Positions 16,439 through 24,000 of a stretch of 24,000 nucleotides of DNA are shown here, piece by piece. Location of the stretch: positions 1,585,224 through 1,609,223 of the forward strand of contig NZ_CP014525.1 of the NCBI RefSeq assembly GCF_001611975.1. Reading direction: 5' to 3'. Every line of letters starts with the position of its first letter. Position 1 is the stretch's first letter. The stretch is from Haematospirillum jordaniae (lineage in GTDB: Bacteria; Pseudomonadota; Alphaproteobacteria; Rhodospirillales; Rhodospirillaceae). The notes under the pieces are model-generated. The model saw nothing but the letters and a program-made list of their open reading frames with translations, was not told the origin of the DNA and ran no database searches. A program made the translations under genes and the position numbers.

Positions 16439-17227
16439 ATGACTGACGGGGCTGCTCTTTTCTCTTTGTCTGTGCTGTTGCGTTTTTCATGTGCCGGCTG
16501 TGCCGTGATAGCGTGTCTTCTGGCGTCCTCTCCAGCTGTGGCCCGTGATGGCTTTTCTCCCTCGGGTATTCGTGTGGCTCAGGCTGATAGCGCTGGCCTT
16601 GTTTCCGAGCTTCTGGTCAAGGTTGGTGAACTAGAGCGCCTGAACCAAGAATTGACGGGGCGTCTGGAAGAAGTGCAGCACGAGAACCAGCAACTGTCCG
16701 AGCGTTTTGATGCTTATGTCAAAGATGCGGAGTTTCGTTTCCAAGAACTGGAAAAAGGACGTGGTGGAGCATCCCCTGCTTCCGGTTCTTCTTCTGAGCC
16801 TTCGTCCGGTGCTCGGACCTCTACTCCTTCCGAGCCTATGGATCCCGGCCAGAAATATACACGTGCCTTCAATCTATTGCGCACAAACGACTACCCGGCA
16901 GCGCAGGTGGCTTTTCAGGATTTCATCAAAGAAAATCCCGGTCATGATCTAGCGGGGAATGCACAGTATTGGCTTGGTGAAACGTTCTATGTGCGCGGCA
17001 ATTACAAGCAGGCGGCTGTCTCTTTCCTGGATGGGTACAAGAAATATCCCAAGAGCACGAAGGCGCCGGATAACTTGTTGAAGCTTGGGTTAACCATGGG
17101 CAAGCTGGGTCAGAACAAGGAGGCCTGTGCTGCTTTGGGCAAGCTCAAGTCTGAGTATCCTGCTGCGCCGGATGCGATAAAGCGTCGTTTGGGGAGCGAG
17201 AAAGAACGTCTGAAATGTTCATTCTGA
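16439..17227 (+). CDS. cpoB: Tol-Pal system protein CpoB/YbgF.
   Basis: Signal-like N-terminus, coiled coil (LVKVGELERLNQELTGRLEEVQHENQQL), and a C-terminal TPR region (YTRAFNLLRTNDYPAAQVAFQDFIKENPGHDLAGNAQYWLGETFY). AGGA lies 7 nt before ATG 16439. The track start at 16382 sits inside a structured spacer. Confidence 0.9.
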   Translation: MTDGAALFSLSVLLRFSCAGCAVIACLLASSPAVARDGFSPSGIRVAQADSAGLVSELLVKVGELERLNQELTGRLEEVQHENQQLSERFDAYVKDAEFRFQELEKGRGGASPASGSSSEPSSGARTSTPSEPMDPGQKYTRAFNLLRTNDYPAAQVAFQDFIKENPGHDLAGNAQYWLGETFYVRGNYKQAAVSFLDGYKKYPKSTKAPDNLLKLGLTMGKLGQNKEACAALGKLKSEYPAAPDAIKRRLGSEKERLKCSF

Positions 17228-17242
17228 CCCAGTCGGTTGTGT

Positions 17243-18565
17243 ATGTCTGCCTTTGATTTAGATGTGCTCTATGCGGCCTTCAGCGAAGCGATGGAAGGTC
17301 TTGGGCCTTTTGGGTGCCCGCCAGTTGTCGCTGTTGCTGTTTCCGGTGGTGCAGACAGCCTTGCTCTTGCCCTCTTGGCCCGGCGATGGGCTCTTGATCG
17401 TGGCGGTTGTCTTTATGCTTTGACGGTTGATCACCGTCTGCGTTCTGAATCGGCAACGGAAGCGTGTCAGGTTGCTGACTGGATGAGGGCCCATGGTATC
17501 AGGCACCATATCCTCGTTCCTGACAGCGCGCCTCCACCCGGGGCAGGGCAGGAGTGGGCGCGGCGATGTCGTTACACGCTTCTGGACCAGTGGTGCCGGG
17601 AACAGGGAATAGTCCATTTGCTGCTTGGTCACCATCAGCGCGACCAAGATGAGACGCGGATCCTGCGACGTAATGCCGGCAGTGGATCTCTTGGGCTAGC
17701 AGGAATGGCACCCCTTATGACCCGTGAGAATGTATGCCTGTTGCGCCCCTTGCTCCATGTTGATCCTGATTCTCTCAGGGCCTTTCTGATACACAGCGGC
17801 CAGCTCTGGATTGAGGATCCATCCAACAAGAACCTGCGCTATGAGCGTATCAAGATTCGTCAGCGTCTTTTGGCGGGTGATAAGCAGGGCCACCCGGGAA
17901 CGTGTGCTGCCGAGCGTTTCTGTTTTGAGCGGCGTGTTGACGAAGTGTTGGCTGCTGCCGTCTGGATTGATGCGTCTGGTTGTGCGATCTGTGATTATCA
18001 GGCGCTGCGGGATGTCTCGCCAGATGAAGCGATGCATGCCTTGCGGCGTGTTCTGATGTGTGTTGGCGGTCTGGAATATCCGCCACGTCAGGAGCGTTTG
18101 TTGCGACTGATGGACAAGCTCCCTGCCAGCGCAACGTTGGGGGGGTGCGTTCTTGTTCCTCAGGAATCCGGCTTGCTTATTGCACGGGAAATGCGTGGTC
18201 TACCGGATCGGATTCCTGTGGCTTTGTGGCCAAGTTCCCAACGATGGGACGGTCGCTTTCTGATTGGACATGAGGGAGATGTTCCGGAGCATCTGTCCCT
18301 TGCGCCTTTGGGGCGTGAAGGGACCGCTTTTCTCAAGGCATTGGAGGGGTGTATAACGCCTTTGCAGGGGGTGCCTCTGATCTCGCTGGCGACGCTTCCC
18401 GCTTTTTGGCTTAACGGGGTACTGGTATCTGTGCCGCAAGTAGGCTATTTCTCAGTGAAAACCGGGATTGATCGGGCTTTTTCTGTGTTTGCCCGCTTTT
18501 CTCCCTGTCATCCGTTGGGATCGTGCGGTTTTCGCCTTGCGAGCGGCCCATCCGGGCCTATGTAG
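17243..18565 (+). CDS. tilS: tRNA(Ile)-lysidine synthase.
   Basis: PP-loop VAVSGGADSLAL, LTVDHRLR, HHQRDQDETRILR. The start is ATG 17243 or TTG 17237. Confidence 0.93.
   Translation: MSAFDLDVLYAAFSEAMEGLGPFGCPPVVAVAVSGGADSLALALLARRWALDRGGCLYALTVDHRLRSESATEACQVADWMRAHGIRHHILVPDSAPPPGAGQEWARRCRYTLLDQWCREQGIVHLLLGHHQRDQDETRILRRNAGSGSLGLAGMAPLMTRENVCLLRPLLHVDPDSLRAFLIHSGQLWIEDPSNKNLRYERIKIRQRLLAGDKQGHPGTCAAERFCFERRVDEVLAAAVWIDASGCAICDYQALRDVSPDEAMHALRRVLMCVGGLEYPPRQERLLRLMDKLPASATLGGCVLVPQESGLLIAREMRGLPDRIPVALWPSSQRWDGRFLIGHEGDVPEHLSLAPLGREGTAFLKALEGCITPLQGVPLISLATLPAFWLNGVLVSVPQVGYFSVKTGIDRAFSVFARFSPCHPLGSCGFRLASGPSGPM
18536..18563 (+). promoter_or_regulatory. RpoH (sigma32)-type heat-shock promoter candidate for ftsH.
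   Basis: CTTG (18536-18539), a 17-nt spacer, then CCTATGT (18557-18563). It lies inside the last codons of tilS, about 80 nt upstream of the ftsH start. Confidence 0.4.
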
Positions 18566-18642
18566 ATTAGATATTAAGTGACTGTACGCTGCAAAGTGGA
18601 GCCGGTTGGCACTGGCAGCGGGTTTGATGGAAGGGCAGTGCT

Positions 18643-20589
18643 TTGAATTTCAGCAAGAACTTGCTTCTGTGGGTGATAATAGCCGTCCTTCTGGTGGCGC
18701 TGTTCAACCTGTTCCAGACGTCTTCGCCTCGTAATGCAGGAAGTGCCATTGCATTCTCTGACTTCCTTGAGCGGGTTGACAGGAACGAAGTGGTTGCCGT
18801 GACCATCCAGGGTGGTCGTATTTCTGGCTCCTTGCAGAACGGTCAAGCTTTCTCCACTTTTATGCCTGACGGATCCAATGTAGTGCAGCAATTACGCGAC
18901 CATAACGTCCGTATTGCAGCGCTGCCACGGGAAGACGATGTTCCCACGATTTGGGGAGTCCTGATTTCGTGGTTCCCGATGCTGCTGTTGATTGGCGTGT
19001 GGATTTTCTTCATGCGGCAGATGCAGGGCGGATCACGCGGGGCAATGGGGTTTGGAAAGTCCAAGGCACGTCTTTTGACCGAGAAGGCGGGGCGTGTGAC
19101 CTTTGACGACGTTGCCGGTATCGACGAAGCCAAGCAGGAACTAGAGGAAGTGGTCGAGTTTCTGCGCGATCCTCAGAAGTTCCAGCGTCTGGGTGGCAAG
19201 ATTCCCAAGGGTGTCCTTCTGGTTGGGCCTCCGGGGACCGGGAAGACCCTTCTTGCGCGTGCGATTGCAGGCGAGGCAAACGTTCCATTTTTCACGATTT
19301 CAGGGTCTGATTTCGTTGAAATGTTTGTTGGTGTCGGTGCCAGCCGTGTCCGCGACATGTTCGAGCAAGGCAAGAAGAATGCGCCCTGCATCATTTTCAT
19401 CGATGAAATTGATGCCGTGGGCCGTCATCGCGGTGCTGGTCTTGGTGGCGGCAATGACGAACGTGAGCAGACCCTGAACCAGCTGCTTGTGGAGATGGAC
19501 GGTTTCGAAGCCAACGAGGGCGTTATCCTGATTGCGGCGACCAACCGGCCCGATGTTCTGGATCCTGCTCTTTTGCGTCCGGGCCGCTTTGATCGTCAGG
19601 TGGTGGTGCCGAACCCGGATGTTCTGGGGCGCGAGAAGATTTTGCGTGTGCATACCCGCAAAAGTCCGCTGGGCCCGGATGTTGACATCAAGGTTATTGC
19701 GCGTGGGACGCCGGGTTTTTCTGGTGCTGACTTGTCCAACTTGGTGAACGAGGCCGCCCTGCTTGCTGCTCGCAAGGGAAAGAAGGTTCTGACCCACTCT
19801 GATTTTGAGGAGGCAAAAGACAAGGTTTTGATGGGTGCGGAGCGTCGTTCCATGGTCATGACCGAGGATGAGAAGCGGATGACCGCTTATCACGAAGGGG
19901 GGCATGCCCTGGTGACTTTGCACTGTCCGGCCTATGACCCCATCCATAAAGCTACGATCATCCCCCGTGGGCGTGCCCTAGGATTGGTGCAAAGCTTGCC
20001 GGAGCGGGACCGCTACTCCGTCAGCCGCGAATATCTGGAGTCCTTTCTGGCGATTGCCATGGCCGGTCGTATCGCCGAGGAGCTGATTTTTGGTCCCGAG
20101 AAGGTCACGACCGGGGCGGCGCAGGATATCAAGATGGCCACAGACCGTGCCCGAAGAATGGTGACGGAGTGGGGGATGTCAGAGAGTCTGGGGCCATTGG
20201 CCTATGCCGCACCAGAGGGGGAAGTGTTTCTGGGGCATACGGTGACAACCCAGAAGAACATTTCTGAACAGACAGCGCGTGAAGTGGACATGGAGGTCCG
20301 TACACTGGTTGATCGTGGCTACAAGCGCGCACTGAAGATCCTCACCGAGAACCGTGACCAGCTGGAGCGTATCGCCCAAGCTTTGCTTGAGTATGAGACA
20401 CTGACCGGCGCCGAACTTCGTGGCCTTCTGGATGGACAGCCTATCGTCCGTGATGATGATTCGTTGCCATCTGCTACGGGGTCTGGCGCTGCATCTGGTC
20501 CTGTGCGGAAGTCCTCTGTGCCTTCCAGCGGGAAACCTGATACAGGCTTGTCAAACCGGCCCGGGCCGGAACCTCAGCCGGAAAGTTGA
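18643..20589 (+). CDS. ftsH: ATP-dependent zinc metalloprotease FtsH.
   Basis: 648 aa. Walker [12 protein letters not shown], Walker [33 protein letters not shown], zinc site HEGGHA. TTG start, with an in-frame TGA directly upstream and GGAAGGG as SD. Confidence 0.97.
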   Translation: MNFSKNLLLWVIIAVLLVALFNLFQTSSPRNAGSAIAFSDFLERVDRNEVVAVTIQGGRISGSLQNGQAFSTFMPDGSNVVQQLRDHNVRIAALPREDDVPTIWGVLISWFPMLLLIGVWIFFMRQMQGGSRGAMGFGKSKARLLTEKAGRVTFDDVAGIDEAKQELEEVVEFLRDPQKFQRLGGKIPKGVLLVGPPGTGKTLLARAIAGEANVPFFTISGSDFVEMFVGVGASRVRDMFEQGKKNAPCIIFIDEIDAVGRHRGAGLGGGNDEREQTLNQLLVEMDGFEANEGVILIAATNRPDVLDPALLRPGRFDRQVVVPNPDVLGREKILRVHTRKSPLGPDVDIKVIARGTPGFSGADLSNLVNEAALLAARKGKKVLTHSDFEEAKDKVLMGAERRSMVMTEDEKRMTAYHEGGHALVTLHCPAYDPIHKATIIPRGRALGLVQSLPERDRYSVSREYLESFLAIAMAGRIAEELIFGPEKVTTGAAQDIKMATDRARRMVTEWGMSESLGPLAYAAPEGEVFLGHTVTTQKNISEQTAREVDMEVRTLVDRGYKRALKILTENRDQLERIAQALLEYETLTGAELRGLLDGQPIVRDDDSLPSATGSGAASGPVRKSSVPSSGKPDTGLSNRPGPEPQPES

Positions 20590-20622
20590 ACGTTCTGGTT
20601 ATGGACAGCTTGTTGCTTGCAG

Positions 20623-20656
20623 ACAAAAGTCCCGCGTTGCCGCGGGCCTTTTGTTT
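20623..20656 (+). terminator. Rho-independent terminator after ftsH.
   Basis: CCCGCG-TTGC-CGCGGG perfect GC stem (20631-20646), extended by ACAAAAG/CTTTTGT (20623-20629 and 20648-20654) and running into TTTTGTTT. Confidence 0.75.
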
Positions 20657-20708
20657 GGCTCCTTCCGCCGTTTCAGGCTCCTTCCCCCTGTACGTTATTC
20701 CGTTGGGT

Positions 20709-21713
20709 ATGACTCCGGGTGGGGCGCATGATAGCCCCACTTGGATGGTTATCTGGCGGGATGAGACGGGTATTGCCAGCCGTACCGTTGTTTCGCGCGA
20801 AGCCTTGGTTCAGTGGGCCTGTCAGGGGGGCGATGAGATCCTGGCCCATACAACGCGGCGGATGCGTTTCTGTGAAGGAAAAGGGCCATCCTCTTTTCTG
20901 GAGACAATGTTACCAGGTGGTCCTGTCGTTATGGGGATCATTAATGTAACCCCAGACAGCTTCTCCGATGGTGGAAACTGCCTGGATGTCGATACGGCTG
21001 TTGCGCGTGGTATCGCCATGCTGGAAGCAGGTGCCGGTATTCTTGATGTTGGCGGGGAATCAACGCGGCCTGGCGCCACACCGGTGTGTCATGACGAGGA
21101 AATTCGGCGTGTTGTTCCTGTTATCAGGGCTTTGGCCAACGCCGGTGCGGTTATTTCTGTTGATACCCGGCACGCGCCGGTCATGGAGGCGGCCGTTGCT
21201 GCCGGGGCTTCCATCATCAATGATGTTTCAGCCCTGAGTGGTCCGTGTAGTCTGGATATGGCTGCTCGTTTGGGAAAACCTGTCATCTTGATGCATATGC
21301 AGGGTGAACCGGGGACGATGCAGCAGGCACCTTCCTATATGTGTTCTGCCTTGGATGTTTTTGATGCGTTGGAAGAACGCATTCAGGCCTGCCGCAGGGC
21401 CGGTATTGACCAACGGAATATTTGCGTGGACCCTGGTATAGGCTTTGGCAAGCTGGCATCCCACAATGCAGATATCTTGGGGCATCTTGGCCTGTATTGC
21501 GGGTTGGGTTGCCCTGTTGCCCTGGGTGTGTCACGTAAGAGTTTCATTGGTCAGGTTGCGGGTGTTGCTGATCCTCTTCAGCGGCTTCCTGGTTCATTGG
21601 CTCTTGCGACCCTTGGGTGGGAGCAGGGTATTAATATTGTGCGTGCGCATGATGTGGCTGCAACAGTGCAAGCGCGTAATGTATGGCAAGCTGTGCGCTC
21701 TGCCGCACAATAG
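20709..21713 (+). CDS. folP: Dihydropteroate synthase; the start is uncertain and an N-terminal extension is possible.
   Basis: [60 protein letters not shown]. The catalytic domain starts at about 20920. Candidate starts are 20709, 20745, 20862 and 20907 (GGAG just upstream). The track start at 20586 (TTG) is upstream of the ftsH terminator and is unlikely. Confidence 0.88.
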   Translation: MTPGGAHDSPTWMVIWRDETGIASRTVVSREALVQWACQGGDEILAHTTRRMRFCEGKGPSSFLETMLPGGPVVMGIINVTPDSFSDGGNCLDVDTAVARGIAMLEAGAGILDVGGESTRPGATPVCHDEEIRRVVPVIRALANAGAVISVDTRHAPVMEAAVAAGASIINDVSALSGPCSLDMAARLGKPVILMHMQGEPGTMQQAPSYMCSALDVFDALEERIQACRRAGIDQRNICVDPGIGFGKLASHNADILGHLGLYCGLGCPVALGVSRKSFIGQVAGVADPLQRLPGSLALATLGWEQGINIVRAHDVAATVQARNVWQAVRSAAQ

Positions 21714-21730
21714 AGAGACCGAGGCAGTTT

Positions 21731-23119
21731 ATGGGAACAAGAAAGTACTTTGGTACAGACGGTATACGTGGGACAGCCAATGTAGAACCCATGACGGCTG
21801 AAACCGCGTTACGGGTCGGAATGGCTGCCGGGCGTATTTTTACCCGTGGTCCTCATCGACATGCCGTTGTCATTGGCAAGGATACCCGGTTGTCAGGCTA
21901 TATGCTTGAACCCGCCCTGACCGCTGGCTTTATCTCTGTGGGGATGGATGTCTTGTTGGTAGGGCCAATGCCAACGCCGGCGGTTGCCATGCTGACCCGG
22001 TCGCTGCGCGCTGATCTGGGCGTGATGATTTCTGCGTCCCATAACCCTTACCAAGATAATGGTATCAAGCTGTTCGGGCCCGATGGTTACAAACTGTCTG
22101 ACGAGGTTGAAGCTTCGATTGAGACCCTGATGCAGGAGCTGGATGCACCGGAGCATCAGGCGGTAACCTTGTCCTCGCCAACAGGCTTGGGCCGGGCTAG
22201 GCGTCTGGATGATGCGGGTGGCCGGTATATTGAGTCCGTCAAGCAGACATTTCCCCGGGGGCTCCGTCTTGACGGGTTGAAGGTTGTTGTGGACTGTGCA
22301 AACGGAGCAGCCTATCGCACAGCGCCCTCTGTTCTGTGGGAACTGGGGGCAGAGGTGATTTCTCTGGGCGTTGACCCGAACGGAGTCAACATCAATGATC
22401 GGTGCGGCTCTCAGCATCCGGATGCCATGCAGGCTGCCGTTATCAGTCACGGGGCTGATATCGGTATTGCTCTTGATGGTGATGCCGATCGCCTAGTTTT
22501 GTGCGATGAGCACGGACACTTGGTTGATGGCGACCAGATTCTGGGCCTGATTGCTCGTGCTCTTCGGAATAGGGATGAATTGCCGGGTGACACCGTTGTT
22601 GCGACTGTGATGTCCAACTTGGGGCTGGAGGCTTTTCTGCGGTCAGAACGTATCCAGTTGCTTCGGACCGCAGTTGGGGATCGCTATGTGATGGAACAAA
22701 TGCGTGCCAGCGGTCTTGCGCTTGGCGGTGAGCAGTCTGGTCACATCATTCTGGGAGACCATGCAACAACGGGTGATGGGCTTGTCGCAGCTCTACAGGT
22801 TTTGGCAGAGCTTGTGCAGTCCGGTCGTAGTGCGAGTGAGCTGCTGCGTGTTTTCCAACCGTATCCCCAAGTTTTGCGGAATGTGCGTGTTGCTGGTCGC
22901 CGTCAGGCAGACCATGCTCTGGCTTCCGATACAGTAAAAGGATGTGTCGGTCATTGGGAAAAACGACTGGGTGTGACAGGACGTGTTCTTTTACGGAAAT
23001 CCGGTACAGAGCCCTTGATCCGCGTTATGGTGGAGGCAGAGGATGCCGGCTTGGTCGAAGATGTCGCGCTGGATTTATGCCGGGCTATTGAGTCCAGTGC
23101 GGATGGAGGCGTGTCATGA
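21731..23119 (+). CDS. glmM: Phosphoglucosamine mutase.
   Basis: [17 protein letters not shown], active-site [27 protein letters not shown]. The track start at 21683 overlaps the folP end. Confidence 0.96.
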   Translation: MGTRKYFGTDGIRGTANVEPMTAETALRVGMAAGRIFTRGPHRHAVVIGKDTRLSGYMLEPALTAGFISVGMDVLLVGPMPTPAVAMLTRSLRADLGVMISASHNPYQDNGIKLFGPDGYKLSDEVEASIETLMQELDAPEHQAVTLSSPTGLGRARRLDDAGGRYIESVKQTFPRGLRLDGLKVVVDCANGAAYRTAPSVLWELGAEVISLGVDPNGVNINDRCGSQHPDAMQAAVISHGADIGIALDGDADRLVLCDEHGHLVDGDQILGLIARALRNRDELPGDTVVATVMSNLGLEAFLRSERIQLLRTAVGDRYVMEQMRASGLALGGEQSGHIILGDHATTGDGLVAALQVLAELVQSGRSASELLRVFQPYPQVLRNVRVAGRRQADHALASDTVKGCVGHWEKRLGVTGRVLLRKSGTEPLIRVMVEAEDAGLVEDVALDLCRAIESSADGGVS

Positions 23120-23940
23120 TGGTCTCTTTATCCCGTGGGCGTGTGTTGATTATTGCCGGCTCTGATTCTGGTGGTGGCGCCGGTATTCAGGCTGATATCA
23201 AGACCGTGACGTGTCTGGGTGGTTTTGCCACAACGGCGGTTACGGCCTTGACGGCCCAGAATACAAAGGGTGTATTTGGTATACACCCTGTTCCAGAGTC
23301 TTTTGTACGCGATCAGATTGCAGTGGTCATGGAAGATATTGGTGCTGACTGCATCAAGATCGGGATGTTGGCAACAACCGGCATCATTCGTGCTGTCTCG
23401 CAGGCGCTTGATGATTTCGCAGCAGATGTGCCGGTTGTTCTTGACCCGGTCATGTACGCAAAAGGGGGGCATGCCCTGCTTGAACCTGACGCGGTTCAGG
23501 CCATGAAAGAGATGCTCATCCCGAAATCATTCCTGATCACGCCCAATCTTCCCGAAGCAGGGGCCTTGGTTGGTCAAGATATTCTCGATGAATCTTCCAT
23601 GGTTCACGCTATGGATGCCCTGCGTGAGCTTGGTTCTTCGGCTGTTCTGTTGAAGGGTGGGCATCTGGATGGTGACCTGCTGGTCGACTTGCTGATTCAT
23701 GCCGATGGGGTGGATCGTTTCCAGGGAGAGAGAATGTTTACCCGTCACACGCATGGGACAGGATGTACGCTGGCTTCTGCTGTTGCCACTGGTCTTGCTC
23801 AAGGGCTTTCGCCTCTGGCTTCTGTGACGCGTGCCCGCGATTATGTGCGTGTTGCCATTGAAACAGCACCTGGATTTGGGCATGGGCATGGGCCTCTCAA
23901 TCATAATCATACCCTTCAGGTTCATCGGGCAGCACACTAA
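23116..23940 (+). CDS. thiD: Bifunctional hydroxymethylpyrimidine/phosphomethylpyrimidine kinase.
   Basis: [63 protein letters not shown] overlap with the glmM stop. Confidence 0.94.
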   Translation: MMVSLSRGRVLIIAGSDSGGGAGIQADIKTVTCLGGFATTAVTALTAQNTKGVFGIHPVPESFVRDQIAVVMEDIGADCIKIGMLATTGIIRAVSQALDDFAADVPVVLDPVMYAKGGHALLEPDAVQAMKEMLIPKSFLITPNLPEAGALVGQDILDESSMVHAMDALRELGSSAVLLKGGHLDGDLLVDLLIHADGVDRFQGERMFTRHTHGTGCTLASAVATGLAQGLSPLASVTRARDYVRVAIETAPGFGHGHGPLNHNHTLQVHRAAH

Positions 23941-24000
23941 GGCCGATGTTTTTCTGAGCGAGGCCTGTGTACGGGAGCTCAGGGCGTGATCCCTCTTGGG

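Noticed and set aside
18607-18622. Sigma54 promoter (TGGCAC at 18607-18612) ahead of ftsH.
   Set aside because: The -12 element is missing: GCGGG appears where TTGCW is required at the 5-nt spacing.
20657-20906. ZTP (pfl) or THF riboswitch in the folP leader, prompted by CUGGCGGGA at about 20750.
   Set aside because: No downstream CCGCCUGGGC pseudoknot partner and no other conserved core segments. The similarity is a single short word.
7741-22450. Long antisense ORFs in the track (7741..8436, 9092..9658, 9659..10237, 11594..12199, 12887..13396, 15717..16202, 19300..19947, 21893..22450).
   Set aside because: All lie opposite strongly supported genes with clear family motifs. They have R/H/P/Q/T-rich shadow-frame compositions and no start context.
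1-24000. Search for CRISPR arrays, IS elements or inverted terminal repeats, integrases, tRNA/rRNA genes, toxin-antitoxin pairs and prophage remnants.
   Set aside because: None seen. Every intergenic gap over 70 bp was read on both strands and holds only promoter, terminator or hairpin-type features. Gene content is uninterrupted core synteny.

Overview
This window looks like a conserved housekeeping stretch of a moderately GC-rich alphaproteobacterial chromosome. That assignment is an inference from gene order and motifs; no database search was possible. I call 27 protein genes. On the minus strand, reading rightward from the left edge: a truncated MotA/ExbB-like channel gene, an OmpA-like gene, suhB and efp. 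Then epmA (+), thiE (-) and an orphan ORF (-). All remaining genes are on the plus strand: a DUF4164/ZauP-like gene, zapA, a 5-formyl-THF cyclo-ligase gene, a YmdB-like phosphoesterase gene, yebC, ruvC, ruvA, ruvB, ybgC, tolQ, tolR, tolA, tolB, pal, cpoB, tilS, ftsH, folP, glmM and thiD. I found no CRISPR array, tRNA, rRNA, transposase, integrase or recognisable defence or toxin cassette. Most of the window is ordinary core genome. Six things merit a second look. (1) An uncharacterised stator-like pair at the left edge: a MotA/ExbB channel with a coiled-coil tail plus a secreted OmpA-like protein that lacks the usual MotB/TolR anchor. (2) A likely 6S RNA in the zapA to cyclo-ligase gap. (3) An orphan 176-aa ORF translationally coupled to thiE. 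(4) An intrinsic terminator and a direct repeat inside the maximal folP ORF. (5) A nested inverted repeat in the pal-cpoB spacer. (6) An RpoH-type promoter candidate for ftsH buried in the tilS 3' end. Several ORF-track starts are too far upstream, and I refined them by hand.
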